Below are positions 10,109 through 20,080 of a stretch of DNA of 64,000 nucleotides, piece after piece. Position 1 is the stretch's first letter. Each line of letters starts with the position of its first letter. Source of the DNA: Desulfobacterales bacterium (GTDB lineage: Bacteria; Desulfobacterota; Desulfobacteria; Desulfobacterales; UBA2245); contig JAXGZF010000003.1 in NCBI GenBank assembly GCA_040771865.1, forward strand, positions 62,001-126,000, given 5' to 3'. The notes under the pieces are model-generated. The model was not told the DNA's origin. It did no database searches and worked only from the letters and a program-made list of their open reading frames with translations. A program made the position numbers and the translations under genes.

Positions 10109-11206
10109 TCAAGGGGTTTTAGGCGATCTTCCGGCCGTCGCCGGTTTCGGAAACAGTCGTCGAATGTCTTGTTCATCCGCCCGGCATATCCCGCGTTCGG
10201 TAATAAAACCGGTGATCAGCCGGGCCGGGGTGACGTCGAAGGCCGGATTGGCGGCCGGACTTTTCTCCGGCGTGATGCGCACCCGCACCGGGTCCTTTCC
10301 GTCAAAACCTTCCACAAAGCGCACCTCGTCGGCGTTCCGGTTTTCGATGGGAATCTCCCGTGCGCCGTCCCTTATGTTCCAGTCAAAGGTGCTCGACGGC
10401 AGGGCCACATAAAATGGAATGCCGTTGTCCTTTGCGGCCAGAGCCTTGAGATAGGTTCCGATCTTGTTGGCCGCATCCCCGGCGGCCGTGGCGCGGTCCG
10501 ATCCCACAATCACCATGTCCACCATTTGACGCTGCATGAGATGCCCTCCGGCGTTGTCGCAGATCACCGTATGGCGAACCCCGGCTTTTTCAAGCTCCCA
10601 GGCGGTCAGCCGGGCGCCCTGGTTCAGGGGACGGGTTTCATCCACCCAGACGTGAACATCCATGCCCAGTTCGTGGGCCGCATAGATCGGCGCCGTGGCC
10701 GTGCCGTATTCCACGCAGGCCAGCCAGCCAGCATTGCAGTGGGTAAGAATGTTGACGGCGGCGCCATTTTTTCTCCGCGCGATCTCCTCGATCAGTTCCA
10801 AGCCATGAAGGCCGATCTGCCGGCAGTTTTCAACCTCGAATTCGGTTATGCGCTCGGCCTGGTTTCGTGTGATTCGAATTGTTTCCTCCCGGCTGGATGC
10901 TTTCTGCGCTGCGGCCAACACCCTGTCCACGGCCCAGAAAAGATTGACCGCCGTGGGCCGGGCCGCTTTGATGCGCCGGCCGGCGGCTTCCAGGTCCTCC
11001 CCGGACCGGGCGGCCAGGTATATGCCGTAAGCGCCGGTCACGCCGATCAGGGGTGCGCCGCGCACCGTCATGTTCTGAATGGCCCGGACCGTGTCGGCGA
11101 CGGTGCGAAGATTCTGAACGACGCACTGGTGGGGAAGGCGCCGCTGATCGATCACCTGAATGGTTTTCAGGTCCTTGTCCAGCCATATGGGACGAAGCAC
11201 TTTCAT
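10109..11206 (-). CDS. mtnA: S-methyl-5-thioribose-1-phosphate isomerase
   Basis: IDQRRLPH, VRGAPLIG, RPTAVNL, LTHCNAGWLA, ETRPLNQGARLTAWEL, ANKIGTY, NPAFDVTP. Confidence 0.95.
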   Translation of the reverse strand: MKVLRPIWLDKDLKTIQVIDQRRLPHQCVVQNLRTVADTVRAIQNMTVRGAPLIGVTGAYGIYLAARSGEDLEAAGRRIKAARPTAVNLFWAVDRVLAAAQKASSREETIRITRNQAERITEFEVENCRQIGLHGLELIEEIARRKNGAAVNILTHCNAGWLACVEYGTATAPIYAAHELGMDVHVWVDETRPLNQGARLTAWELEKAGVRHTVICDNAGGHLMQRQMVDMVIVGSDRATAAGDAANKIGTYLKALAAKDNGIPFYVALPSSTFDWNIRDGAREIPIENRNADEVRFVEGFDGKDPVRVRITPEKSPAANPAFDVTPARLITGFITERGICRADEQDIRRLFPKPATAGRSPKTP

Positions 11207-11228
11207 CAGTTCTTCTCCTCCTGACAGG

Positions 11229-12938
11229 TTATGGGGCGGTCAGCGGAACAATGCGAAAGGCATTGACGTCCACCAGGCCTTTGTCGGTCAGCTTGAGTTC
11301 GGGAATTACCGGAAGGGCCAGAAAAGAAAGCATCATGAACGGGTCCGAAGGCTTTGCGCCCAGAAATCGCGCAGCCGACAGAAGGACGTCCAGCCGGTTC
11401 CGAATGTTTTCCACCGGCTCGTCCGACATCAGTCCGGCGATGGGAAGAGCCAGGCTTTCGATGATCCTCCCATCGCAGGCGACCGCCAGACCGCCCTTCA
11501 TTCGAATTACGGCCTCGATCGCGGCCCTCATGTCCGCATCGCTTGCCCCTGCCACGATGATATTATGGGAATCATGGGCCACGCTGGAGGCCAGTGCCCC
11601 GCGTTTCAGGCCGAATCCGTGAACCAGGGCCTTTCCGATATTTCCGGAGCCCCTGTGCCGCTCGACCACGGCCAGCTTAAGCAGATCGCGCTGAGTATCG
11701 GCGATGATCCAGCCGTTCTCGACCCTTGGCATTTCCATGCGCTGGCGGGTGAGTACCTGGTCGGAAACCAGTTCGATCACCCGGACCGGTCCGAAGGACG
11801 CCGGAATTGAAAGGTCGATCGCATCGGAAACATGCATGGATGCCGGCAGGGCGACGGCCGAGGGCCTTTTGACTTCGGGAAGCATCTTTCCGTTTTCGGC
11901 GATCGGCTTTCCCTCGAAAAACACCCGCTCCGCCTGAATCTTGTTCAGATCGGAAAACACCACCAGATCGGCCCGGTATCCGGGGGCCACGGCGCCGGTT
12001 CGGGGAAGATTGAAATACCGTGCCGGATGCAGGGTTCCCATCTGAATGGCCGTGACCGGGTTCAGACCCAGGTCCACTGCCTGGCGGATCATGGAATCGA
12101 TATGCCCCTTTTTGATCAGATCGTGGGGGTGGCGGTCATCGGTGCACCACATCATTCTGTGGGCTGTTTTTTCGCTGACCAGGGGGAGCAGGGTTGCAAG
12201 GTTTCTGGCACTCGTGCCTTCCCGGACCATGATGTGCATGCCGGACTCAAGCTTTTCCCGGGCTTCCTCAAGCCCCGTGCATTCGTGATCGCTGAAAATG
12301 CCGGCGGACAGATAGGCGGAAAGGCCTTTTTCGGAGAGCCGAGGGCTGTGGCCGTCCACGGGTTTCCGGCAAGACCGGGCCAGCTTTATTTTGGCCAGCA
12401 CCTCCGGGACCTGAAAGATCACGCCGGGAAAGTTCATCATCTCGGCCAAGGCGACAATCCTCTCATGCCCCATGAGTTTGCCAAGGTCTTCGGCGGAAAG
12501 CACGGCGCCGGCGGTTTCCATATCCGTGGCCGGAACACACGAGGGCAAAGCGAAAAATATGTCGGCCGGCTGGCCCCGGCTGCTGCCGATCATGTATTCG
12601 ATGCCAGCTCTGCCCAGCACGTTGGCGATTTCGTGCGGATCAGCCACGGCGGCCGTCGTTCCCCGGCAGGCCACGGCCCTTGAAAATTCGGTCACCGAGG
12701 TCATAGCGCTTTCGATATGCACATGGGCGTCGATAAAACCGGGGCAGACGTAGCGTCCTTCAAGATCGACGATCTCATCGGCCGCATAATCGCCGAATCC
12801 CGCCACATGGCCCTGGAAGATAGCGATGTTCGCAGGAATGATCCGGCCGGAAAACACGTTGACGACCCGCGTGTTGACCAGCAACAGGTCGGATTTTTTC
12901 TGCCCCCGGGCGGCTTGAATCAGATCCTCGATGCGCAT
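11229..12938 (-). CDS. ade: Adenine deaminase
   Basis: PGFIDAHVHIES, DPHEIANV, EMMNFPGV, DGHSP, SDHE, SSVAHDSHN, FLALPVIPELK. Confidence 0.95.
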   Translation of the reverse strand: MRIEDLIQAARGQKKSDLLLVNTRVVNVFSGRIIPANIAIFQGHVAGFGDYAADEIVDLEGRYVCPGFIDAHVHIESAMTSVTEFSRAVACRGTTAAVADPHEIANVLGRAGIEYMIGSSRGQPADIFFALPSCVPATDMETAGAVLSAEDLGKLMGHERIVALAEMMNFPGVIFQVPEVLAKIKLARSCRKPVDGHSPRLSEKGLSAYLSAGIFSDHECTGLEEAREKLESGMHIMVREGTSARNLATLLPLVSEKTAHRMMWCTDDRHPHDLIKKGHIDSMIRQAVDLGLNPVTAIQMGTLHPARYFNLPRTGAVAPGYRADLVVFSDLNKIQAERVFFEGKPIAENGKMLPEVKRPSAVALPASMHVSDAIDLSIPASFGPVRVIELVSDQVLTRQRMEMPRVENGWIIADTQRDLLKLAVVERHRGSGNIGKALVHGFGLKRGALASSVAHDSHNIIVAGASDADMRAAIEAVIRMKGGLAVACDGRIIESLALPIAGLMSDEPVENIRNRLDVLLSAARFLGAKPSDPFMMLSFLALPVIPELKLTDKGLVDVNAFRIVPLTAP

Positions 12939-12958
12939 GGGATTCTCCAGTCCTGAAT

Positions 12959-14278
12959 TCAATTCGATTTACAGGCGATTTTTCGGGCCGTCTGACCGGC
13001 CGCAGCGCATACGCTCTCAATATCGATAGTCTGAAGCTTGCGGTTTCTGACCAGAAAACGGCCCTGCACCATCACCTCGCGCACATCCTCGCCCCGGGCG
13101 GCATAGACAAGCTGAGAAACCGGGTGATACAGGGGAACCAGGTGCGGCTGGTTCGTGTCCACGATGATCAGGTCCGCGGCTTTTCCAAATTCCAGAGAAC
13201 CGACGACATTCGAAAGGCCGACAGCCCGGGCGGCTTGAATGGTGACGGCTTCCAGGACGCTTCGCGCGTCCATGACCGTTGGGTCCAGGCTTTGGACCTT
13301 GTGAAGCTTGGCCGTCATGTCCATTTCCTGAAACATGTCCAGATTGTTGTTGCTGGCGCATCCGTCAGTGCCCAGCCCCACGGCGAGACCGGCCTCCAGC
13401 ATGGCCGGAACCGGTGCGACTCCCGAGGCAAGCTTCATCTCGCTTTCCGTGCACACGCTCACCCTGCTGCGGCGTTTGGCCATCAGCTCGATGTCTTTAT
13501 CGTCAGCCCATACGCAGTGGATCAGCAGGGTGTTTTCATCGAGAATTCCGATTCTATTCAGGTAGCCGACGGGCGTGGTTTTGTGCCGGCCCAAGATTTC
13601 CGCCTGCTCGGATTGAGTCTCCGAGACATGAATCTGGAAAAGAACGCCCAGGTCGGCGGCTGCTTTTTTGGCGCGCTTCAGGGTGTTTTCAGAGCAGGTC
13701 CAAGTCGAATGACAGAAGATCGAGGGGGTGATGTGACCGGACCGGCCCTTCCATTTTTGGACGAAATCCACGGCCGCGGAAACATTTTTTCCCGGATCCG
13801 GGACCCCGGGCGCGGGAAAATCGATCACCCCCTGGGCCAGAACGGCCCGCATGCCGGTTTGGTTCAGCGCTTCGGCCACATGGTCTTCCAGAAAATACCC
13901 GTCGCAGCAGCAGGTGGTTCCGGAAAGCAGCATTTCGGCACAGGACAGAAGGGTTCCGGTTCGAATTGTCTCGGGCGATATATGCCCTGCTTCAGCGGGA
14001 AAGATGTGGTCGGTCAGCCAGGTCTTCAGCGGCAGGTCGTCGGCCAGTCCCCGGAACAACGACATGGGAAGATGACTGTGGGTGTTGATCAGTCCGGGAA
14101 GTACGATGCCTCCATGAGCGTCGAGATATTCTCCGGCCTGCGGAAGCATGCCCCGGGATCGTTTTTCAACCGTTTCAATGGTTCCGGACCGAATGCCGAT
14201 GATTCCGTCGTCGATGATCTCGAAGCCGGGGTTGACGGTGATGATGGTAGCGTTGTGAATCAGCGTATCGAAACTCAT
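12959..14278 (-). CDS. MTA/SAH/5'-deoxyadenosine deaminase-type amidohydrolase (MtaD/DadD-like)
   Basis: PGLINTHSHLPMSLFRGLADD, IHVSET, HCVW, SEMKLASG, GTDGCASNNNLD; start set at ATG 14278. Confidence 0.85.
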   Translation of the reverse strand: MSFDTLIHNATIITVNPGFEIIDDGIIGIRSGTIETVEKRSRGMLPQAGEYLDAHGGIVLPGLINTHSHLPMSLFRGLADDLPLKTWLTDHIFPAEAGHISPETIRTGTLLSCAEMLLSGTTCCCDGYFLEDHVAEALNQTGMRAVLAQGVIDFPAPGVPDPGKNVSAAVDFVQKWKGRSGHITPSIFCHSTWTCSENTLKRAKKAAADLGVLFQIHVSETQSEQAEILGRHKTTPVGYLNRIGILDENTLLIHCVWADDKDIELMAKRRSRVSVCTESEMKLASGVAPVPAMLEAGLAVGLGTDGCASNNNLDMFQEMDMTAKLHKVQSLDPTVMDARSVLEAVTIQAARAVGLSNVVGSLEFGKAADLIIVDTNQPHLVPLYHPVSQLVYAARGEDVREVMVQGRFLVRNRKLQTIDIESVCAAAGQTARKIACKSN

Positions 14279-14574
14279 TTGATGGATCCAAGGGTTGGCG
14301 CCGGTTTGCCTCATTGACCGATGCGGTACCATACCGCAAACGCAAAACAGAGTCAAAATGTCTTGGCAAAACCCGAATGAGGGGATGGGTGTATATTTTC
14401 CGATGATTTCAATCCTGATGACGGTTCGCATCCAGGATTTGGAACACAGCTGCTGTTTTTTTCATGCTCTCAAGAATCTGTGTTGCTTTTGGGGAAAATG
14501 GTTTGTAAAAGGTCCCCGAGGCCCTGCGATGGGCAGATGGCCATTTTCCAACCGAAAACCATCAGGAGACATAT

Positions 14575-15018
14575 ATGAAGATTGAATTGAACAAAACCGA
14601 ATTTCGAGCGCTTCTGGAGCTTGTGGAAATAGCCTCATGGGTGCTGCACGCTCACAAGATCGATGAGCCGCCGGAAACCGAGGCTTACCGAAAGGTTGAG
14701 CAGAAAATTTTTTCCCAGGCCAAGAATTTCGGGTTAGAGAATCTTGTGGATTATGACGAGGACCTCAAAGAGTACTTCCCCTCCGGAACCTTTGAGGAAG
14801 AGAGCCCGGTGATGGAGTTCATCGAAGATTTCGAAAACGACACCTTCTGGGATCAGATGGTCGACCGGCTGGTAGAAAGAGACATGATCGAAGCCGAAGG
14901 AGAGGATGCTTACCTGGCCATGGAACTCGAGGATCGATTCGGCAAGGAAATGCCCCTTCGCGAAAAATACGCCGAAGAATTCGAGGCCAACGGCCTGGGG
15001 AACGTAAAGGTCGGATAA
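14575..15018 (+). CDS. Acidic hypothetical protein
   Basis: 147-aa ORF with AGGAG RBS and coding-like composition; no motif recognised. Confidence 0.7.
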   Translation: MKIELNKTEFRALLELVEIASWVLHAHKIDEPPETEAYRKVEQKIFSQAKNFGLENLVDYDEDLKEYFPSGTFEEESPVMEFIEDFENDTFWDQMVDRLVERDMIEAEGEDAYLAMELEDRFGKEMPLREKYAEEFEANGLGNVKVG

Positions 15019-15038
15019 CCCTCCTGCTATGCACCTGT

Positions 15039-15065
15039 GGGGGCCGGTTATCCGGATCGGCCCCC
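15039..15065. terminator. GC-rich hairpin between convergent genes
   Basis: GGGGGCCGGT-loop-ATCGGCCCCC. Confidence 0.45.
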
Positions 15066-15120
15066 GGCCTTTGTTTCTGCTTCGAAAACAGATTCTCCTG
15101 TTCCCCGAATCTCTTCTTCA

Positions 15121-16506
15121 TCAGCCGATCGGACACGAGGGCGCCAGATCCCGATCCAGATCGATTTCGTATTTTTTAATCTGCTTCCATATGGTGATCC
15201 GGCTGACGCCTAAGATTCGGGCCGCCTCGGATTGATTGCCCCCGGTTTGGCGAAGGGCCTCGATGAGCTTTTCGCGTTTTTGCATGCACGATGGATTCAG
15301 GCTGCAAACGGACCGGGCGCTGGTCTGAGGCGAAGCGATTTTCGGGGGCAGGTGATCGACGTCTATGGCTCCGCCGGGACAAAGGACAAAGGCGTATTCA
15401 ATGGCATTTCGAAGCTCCCGAATATTGCCGGGCCAGTGATGGTGAATCAGCCGGTCCATGGCTTCGGGGGTGATGCCGGAAATTTTTTTTCCGTTTTTGA
15501 CCGAGTTTCGCCCGATGAAGCTCTGAGCGATCAGGGGAATGTCCTCGCGCCGCTCGATCAGGGACGGACATTGAAGCGGAAACACGTTGATCCGGAAATA
15601 CAGATCCTCCCGGAACCCCCCCTGTTTGACCCGCGCTTCCAGATTTTTGTTGGTGGCGGTAATGATCCGCACATCCACCGGAATCGGCTTGTGGTCTCCC
15701 ACGCGTTCGATGGTTTTTTCCTCCAGCACCCGCAGCAGTTTGACCTGAATGGACAGGGGCATGTCTCCGATTTCGTCCAGAAAAATTGTTCCCTCGTGCG
15801 CCGCCTCAAAACGGCCGATGCGGTTCCGGTCGGCGCCGGTATATGCGCCCTTGACATGCCCGAACAGTTCGCTCTCCAGAAGATTTTCGTTCAGGGCCGC
15901 GCAGTTGACTTTTATATACGGCTTGTCCCTTCGGGCACCGGCCATGTGAACGGCCCGGGCGACCAGTTCCTTGCCGCTGCCGCTAGGACCCAGAATCATC
16001 ACCGGGGTATCGGTCTGGGCCACGTTTTCGATCAATTCAAAGAGGTTCTGCATGATTCCTGACCTGCCGATGATGCCGTGGTACCCGTCGTCCAGCTGAA
16101 AGGTTCTGCGCAGAGAATCGATTTCCTGCTGCTGCCGGATGCTTTCGGTGACGTCCGTCAGGGTTTCCACAGCGCCGATCACCTGCCCCTTCTCATCGTG
16201 AAGTACGGTTGCACTCTTGATCACATGGACGGTCCGGCCGTCCTTGTTGATGATCAGGCATTTCTTGTTCCAGACCACCCCTTCGGAATACAGGCTGCAC
16301 CATTCGGCGCCGGGGCCGGCGCCTTTGATCTTGCATCCGGTGCAGTTCAATATCCGGCAGGAACGGCCCATCAGTTCTTCGGCTGCATACCCCGTTATGC
16401 GTTCGGCGGCCGGGTTGACCGCCAGAATTTTTCCTCCTGGATCGACCACCATCAGTCCGTCCTGAAGGGTGTCAACGACTGTCTTCCAGTGTCTGGACAG
16501 ATCCAT
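15121..16506 (-). CDS. PAS-domain sigma54-dependent transcriptional activator (NtrC/Fis family)
   Basis: PAS N-terminus, GPSGSGKE Walker [31 protein letters not shown], Fis HTH. Confidence 0.95.
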   Translation of the reverse strand: MDLSRHWKTVVDTLQDGLMVVDPGGKILAVNPAAERITGYAAEELMGRSCRILNCTGCKIKGAGPGAEWCSLYSEGVVWNKKCLIINKDGRTVHVIKSATVLHDEKGQVIGAVETLTDVTESIRQQQEIDSLRRTFQLDDGYHGIIGRSGIMQNLFELIENVAQTDTPVMILGPSGSGKELVARAVHMAGARRDKPYIKVNCAALNENLLESELFGHVKGAYTGADRNRIGRFEAAHEGTIFLDEIGDMPLSIQVKLLRVLEEKTIERVGDHKPIPVDVRIITATNKNLEARVKQGGFREDLYFRINVFPLQCPSLIERREDIPLIAQSFIGRNSVKNGKKISGITPEAMDRLIHHHWPGNIRELRNAIEYAFVLCPGGAIDVDHLPPKIASPQTSARSVCSLNPSCMQKREKLIEALRQTGGNQSEAARILGVSRITIWKQIKKYEIDLDRDLAPSCPIG

Positions 16507-16650
16507 GCGCAGGCGCTCCTTTGTGTTAACACGTTAACTTAACATTATTAACTTAAACAGCAGATCAAAAATATCAAGCAATAATTTTGAAAATTTCAAT
16601 AGCGCTTAAAAAAACAAGATGTTATGAATAAGTTGATACCTGCCTGAATT

Positions 16651-16667
16651 CTGGCATGCGGATTGCC
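16651..16667 (+). promoter_or_regulatory. Sigma54 (-24/-12) promoter
   Basis: CTGGCATGCGGATTGCC with exact GG-N10-GC spacing; divergent from a sigma54 activator. Confidence 0.8.
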
Positions 16668-16837
16668 ATAGATATGAAGCAGTCAGTCGGGGATGCAGTG
16701 AAATTTTCGACCCGCCGGGTGAAATGCGGTTCCCAAACCAGCGGGCCAAAGTCGAAAATACGGCTCCGTCCCGGCCGCTCCGACCGATATGATTTGATAG
16801 AGATATGAACCACATACAATGCAAAGGAGACTGCGCA

Positions 16838-17182
16838 ATGAAAAAATGGATTATGATCGCACTGACGTTTGTTTTTGTTTCCGGCGCCATCGGCATTGGG
16901 TTTGCCATGGAGCCGACAGGCAACGACCGCAAGGGTAAATACACTTATCGAAAGGTTTACAAGGCCTGCATGGCGCGTGGTGAGGTGAATTCCGAAACGC
17001 CACCGGTAAGCCCGATTGCCAAGACCCAGGCTGAATGGGCCCGGGTTTTTGAGGCAAAAGATTTCGCCGAGTTCGGTTGTGCGCCGGAGTGGAAAGCGCT
17101 CGCCGATGAGGATCTGCTCGATATTTTTACCTATCTGTACAACCATGCCTCGGATTCGCCTGCGCCCGCAACCTGCAAATAA
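16838..17182 (+). CDS. Small exported protein, cytochrome c-like but lacking CxxCH
   Basis: AAGGAG RBS, signal peptide, GNDRKGKYTYRK start typical of class I cytochromes c; VYKACM where a heme motif would be expected. Confidence 0.6.
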   Translation: MKKWIMIALTFVFVSGAIGIGFAMEPTGNDRKGKYTYRKVYKACMARGEVNSETPPVSPIAKTQAEWARVFEAKDFAEFGCAPEWKALADEDLLDIFTYLYNHASDSPAPATCK

Positions 17183-17263
17183 ACGTCGATCCTCAGAAGG
17201 GCGCGAAAATGTCAGGGCTGTTTTTATATCACTCCATGAACATTTTACATAAGGAAGGATCAT

Positions 17264-18388
17264 ATGAAACTTATAAAAGCAATCAAATGGACCATCGGAT
17301 TGACGCTGCTGCTGGCCGTCGGCATGGGATATGCCGCCCAGGAGAGCGCGGAACCGGGTGCCGCGGACGTTTCCTGGCGGTTTCACGATATCGTCGACAT
17401 GGAATTCGTGGCCCAGCACGTCAAGGTTCCAATGGACGAAAAAGTGATGATCATAGATGCCAGGCCCAGGCAGACCAAGTATGACGCAGGTCATATCCCC
17501 ATGGCGGTGAGCATTCCGGACACTCAGTTCGAGAAGATGACCGACAAATTGCCCAAGGATAAAAACGCGCTTTTGATTTACTACTGCGAAGGTCTGGACT
17601 GCCGGTTGAGCCACAAGTCCGCCAAAAAAGCCGAGGCGCTGGGTTACACCAACGTCAAAGTTTTTGCCGAAGGCTATCCGAAATGGATCTCGGTCAAGGG
17701 CCATTATCCTTCTGTTTCCGTAGAATGGGTGAAGAAACAGATCGACGCCAAGACCGATATGGTTCTGGTAGACTCCCGGCCCCGTCGCACCAAGTATGAC
17801 GCAGGCCACATTCCGACCGCCGTCAGCATTCCGGATTCGGAATTTGACAAACACATTGATCTGCTTCCACAGGACAAGGGTAAGCTGCTGGTTTTCTACT
17901 GCGAGGGCCTTCAGTGCAAGTTGAGCCACAAATCCGCGGCCAGGGCCATTGAAATAGGTTACACAAACGTGAAGGTTTTTTCCGAGGGATATCCGGCCTG
18001 GGCGGCCCATCTGAAGGCTCAGGGTCAGGCGCCTGTTACAGTGAAGGCCGGCAAGAACGAGGGAAGCATCGATCCGGCCGAATTCGAGAAAATGGTATCC
18101 GATAATCCGGAGAGCATTTACCTGGTTGACGTCCGGGATCCGGATGAATATGCGACCGGAAGTTTCAAGACCGCGGTGAACATCCCCATTGATGACCTGG
18201 AAAAGAAGCTGGATACGCTTCCGACCGACAAGCCTGTCGTATTTGTCTGCGGAACCGGCGCCAGAAGCGGAGAGGCTTATTACATGGTTCAGGATCTGCG
18301 GCCGGCCATGAAGAACGTCTACTATCTGGATGCGAAACTGACTTTTAAGAAGGACGGCTCCTTTGTCTTGAAGAAGCTTCCCGAATAA
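17264..18388 (+). CDS. Periplasmic triple-rhodanese-domain sulfurtransferase
   Basis: Signal peptide; DARP..YDAGHIP twice, DVRDPDEY; loops YCEGLDC, YCEGLQC, VCGTGARS. Confidence 0.9.
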   Translation: MKLIKAIKWTIGLTLLLAVGMGYAAQESAEPGAADVSWRFHDIVDMEFVAQHVKVPMDEKVMIIDARPRQTKYDAGHIPMAVSIPDTQFEKMTDKLPKDKNALLIYYCEGLDCRLSHKSAKKAEALGYTNVKVFAEGYPKWISVKGHYPSVSVEWVKKQIDAKTDMVLVDSRPRRTKYDAGHIPTAVSIPDSEFDKHIDLLPQDKGKLLVFYCEGLQCKLSHKSAARAIEIGYTNVKVFSEGYPAWAAHLKAQGQAPVTVKAGKNEGSIDPAEFEKMVSDNPESIYLVDVRDPDEYATGSFKTAVNIPIDDLEKKLDTLPTDKPVVFVCGTGARSGEAYYMVQDLRPAMKNVYYLDAKLTFKKDGSFVLKKLPE

Positions 18389-18451
18389 TGCGCCAGAAGA
18401 ATGCATTCCGGAAGTCAGGCTTCGGGATGCCAAACCACGAGGGGAATCGAC

Positions 18452-20077
18452 ATGATGCCAATCAGATGGATGCGCATTTTCTGCGTCGTGTTTGTTCTGT
18501 GCGCTCTAGGTGTCCTGGCGCACGCCGCGGATGACACCGCCGCCAGGTCGGCTCCTGGAAGGATCATGGCCCGGCAGGCAACTCAAGAGGTGCATGGCTG
18601 GACCACGGTGGATCACAGCCGGCTCGATGCACTAAAAAAACCTTTTGTCTCTGGAAAGCAGGTGACCGAGGCGTGCGTTTCCTGTCATTCCGAGGCGGCC
18701 TCCCAGTTTCATCAGACTATTCACTGGACCTGGCTCGGCACGGACCCGGATGCGGAAAAACGAATGGGCAAGGCCGGAGACTCGTTGAACAACTTTTGTA
18801 TTTCGGCCAACAACATGCAGGATAAAAGCTGCAACGCCTGTCATCCGAGCTGGAACGGGCAGGGGACCAAAGGCGAAGTCAACTGTCTGGTCTGTCACGG
18901 CCGGCAGCAAATCAACTGGACCGAGGCATTTGACGATCTGAACGCCTTTTCGGGCTCCGATGATCCGGAAGAGCAAACGATTGCGGCGGATATTCAGACC
19001 AATATTCAGCAGGCGGTCCAGAGCGTGATCCGCCCTGCCCGGGAAAACTGCGGATCGTGTCATTTCTATGGCGGCGGCGGCGACGGGGTCAAGCACGGAG
19101 ACCTGGATTCCTCGATTGCGCAGCCCCTCAAAACCCTGGATGTCCATATGGGTGTTGACGGAAAAAATTTCCAATGCACCCGGTGTCATACCACGATTCG
19201 GCACAATGTGGCCGGCCGGATTTATTCCCGGCCCGCAGCCGCGGATCGAAAAAGTCTGATCGAGGATGACCTTATCGCCAAAATCACCTGCGAGTCCTGC
19301 CACAGCGCAACGCCGCACAAGGCCGGTTCAAAGGCCAATGATCACACGGACAGAGTCGCCTGCCAGAGCTGCCACATTCCGCTGTTCGCCCGGCAGAATC
19401 CCACCAAGACCTGGTGGGACTGGTCCAAAGCCGGAATCCTTCAAGACGGCAAGAAATACAAGGAAAAGGGCGAGTTCGACAGAGATGTCTACATGACCAT
19501 CAAGGGCGAGATGAGATGGGAAAAAGATGTCAAACCCGAATACTTCTGGTTCAATGGCTCCATGAACACGCTGACGATCAAGGACTTCATCGATCCGGAA
19601 AAAATCGTTGCGGTCAGCGCACCGGTAGGAAGCCGGGAAGACAAGAACGCCCGCATATTCCCCTTTAAGATTCACCGGGGAAAACAGCCCTACGATACAG
19701 TCCAAAAGGTTTTGCTGGCCCCGATGCTGTCCGGAAAAGACGGATATTGGGAGACCCTGGACTGGCAGAACGCCATTGAAAAGGGCATGCAGGCCCTGAA
19801 CGCGTCTTATTCCGGATCATTTGATTTTGTGGAAACCACCTATGCGTTTCCCATCACCCATATGGTGGCGCCTAGAGACAATGTGGTTCGCTGCGCCGAG
19901 TGTCATACAGACCAGGGCGGACGGCTCGCCAGTCTGACCGGATTTTATATGCCCGGACGCGACAGGGCCGGCTGGATGGATACCTTGGGATGGCTCGCGG
20001 TTCTCGGGGCGTTGGCCGGTGTCGCCCTTCACGGACTGGGGCGGGCTTTTTCCCGCAGGAGCGGAAAGGAGAGCTGA
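18452..20077 (+). CDS. Octaheme c-type cytochrome, tetrathionate reductase (Otr) family
   Basis: Eight CxxCH motifs (CVSCH, CNACH, CLVCH, CGSCH, CTRCH, CESCH, CQSCH, CAECH), NNFC, GGGGDGVKHGDLDSS, C-terminal TM helix. Confidence 0.92.
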   Translation: MMPIRWMRIFCVVFVLCALGVLAHAADDTAARSAPGRIMARQATQEVHGWTTVDHSRLDALKKPFVSGKQVTEACVSCHSEAASQFHQTIHWTWLGTDPDAEKRMGKAGDSLNNFCISANNMQDKSCNACHPSWNGQGTKGEVNCLVCHGRQQINWTEAFDDLNAFSGSDDPEEQTIAADIQTNIQQAVQSVIRPARENCGSCHFYGGGGDGVKHGDLDSSIAQPLKTLDVHMGVDGKNFQCTRCHTTIRHNVAGRIYSRPAAADRKSLIEDDLIAKITCESCHSATPHKAGSKANDHTDRVACQSCHIPLFARQNPTKTWWDWSKAGILQDGKKYKEKGEFDRDVYMTIKGEMRWEKDVKPEYFWFNGSMNTLTIKDFIDPEKIVAVSAPVGSREDKNARIFPFKIHRGKQPYDTVQKVLLAPMLSGKDGYWETLDWQNAIEKGMQALNASYSGSFDFVETTYAFPITHMVAPRDNVVRCAECHTDQGGRLASLTGFYMPGRDRAGWMDTLGWLAVLGALAGVALHGLGRAFSRRSGKES

Positions 20078-20080
20078 CCC

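Noticed and set aside
16622..18433. 603-aa minus-strand ORF
   Set aside because: Antisense to the well-supported small exported protein and rhodanese genes
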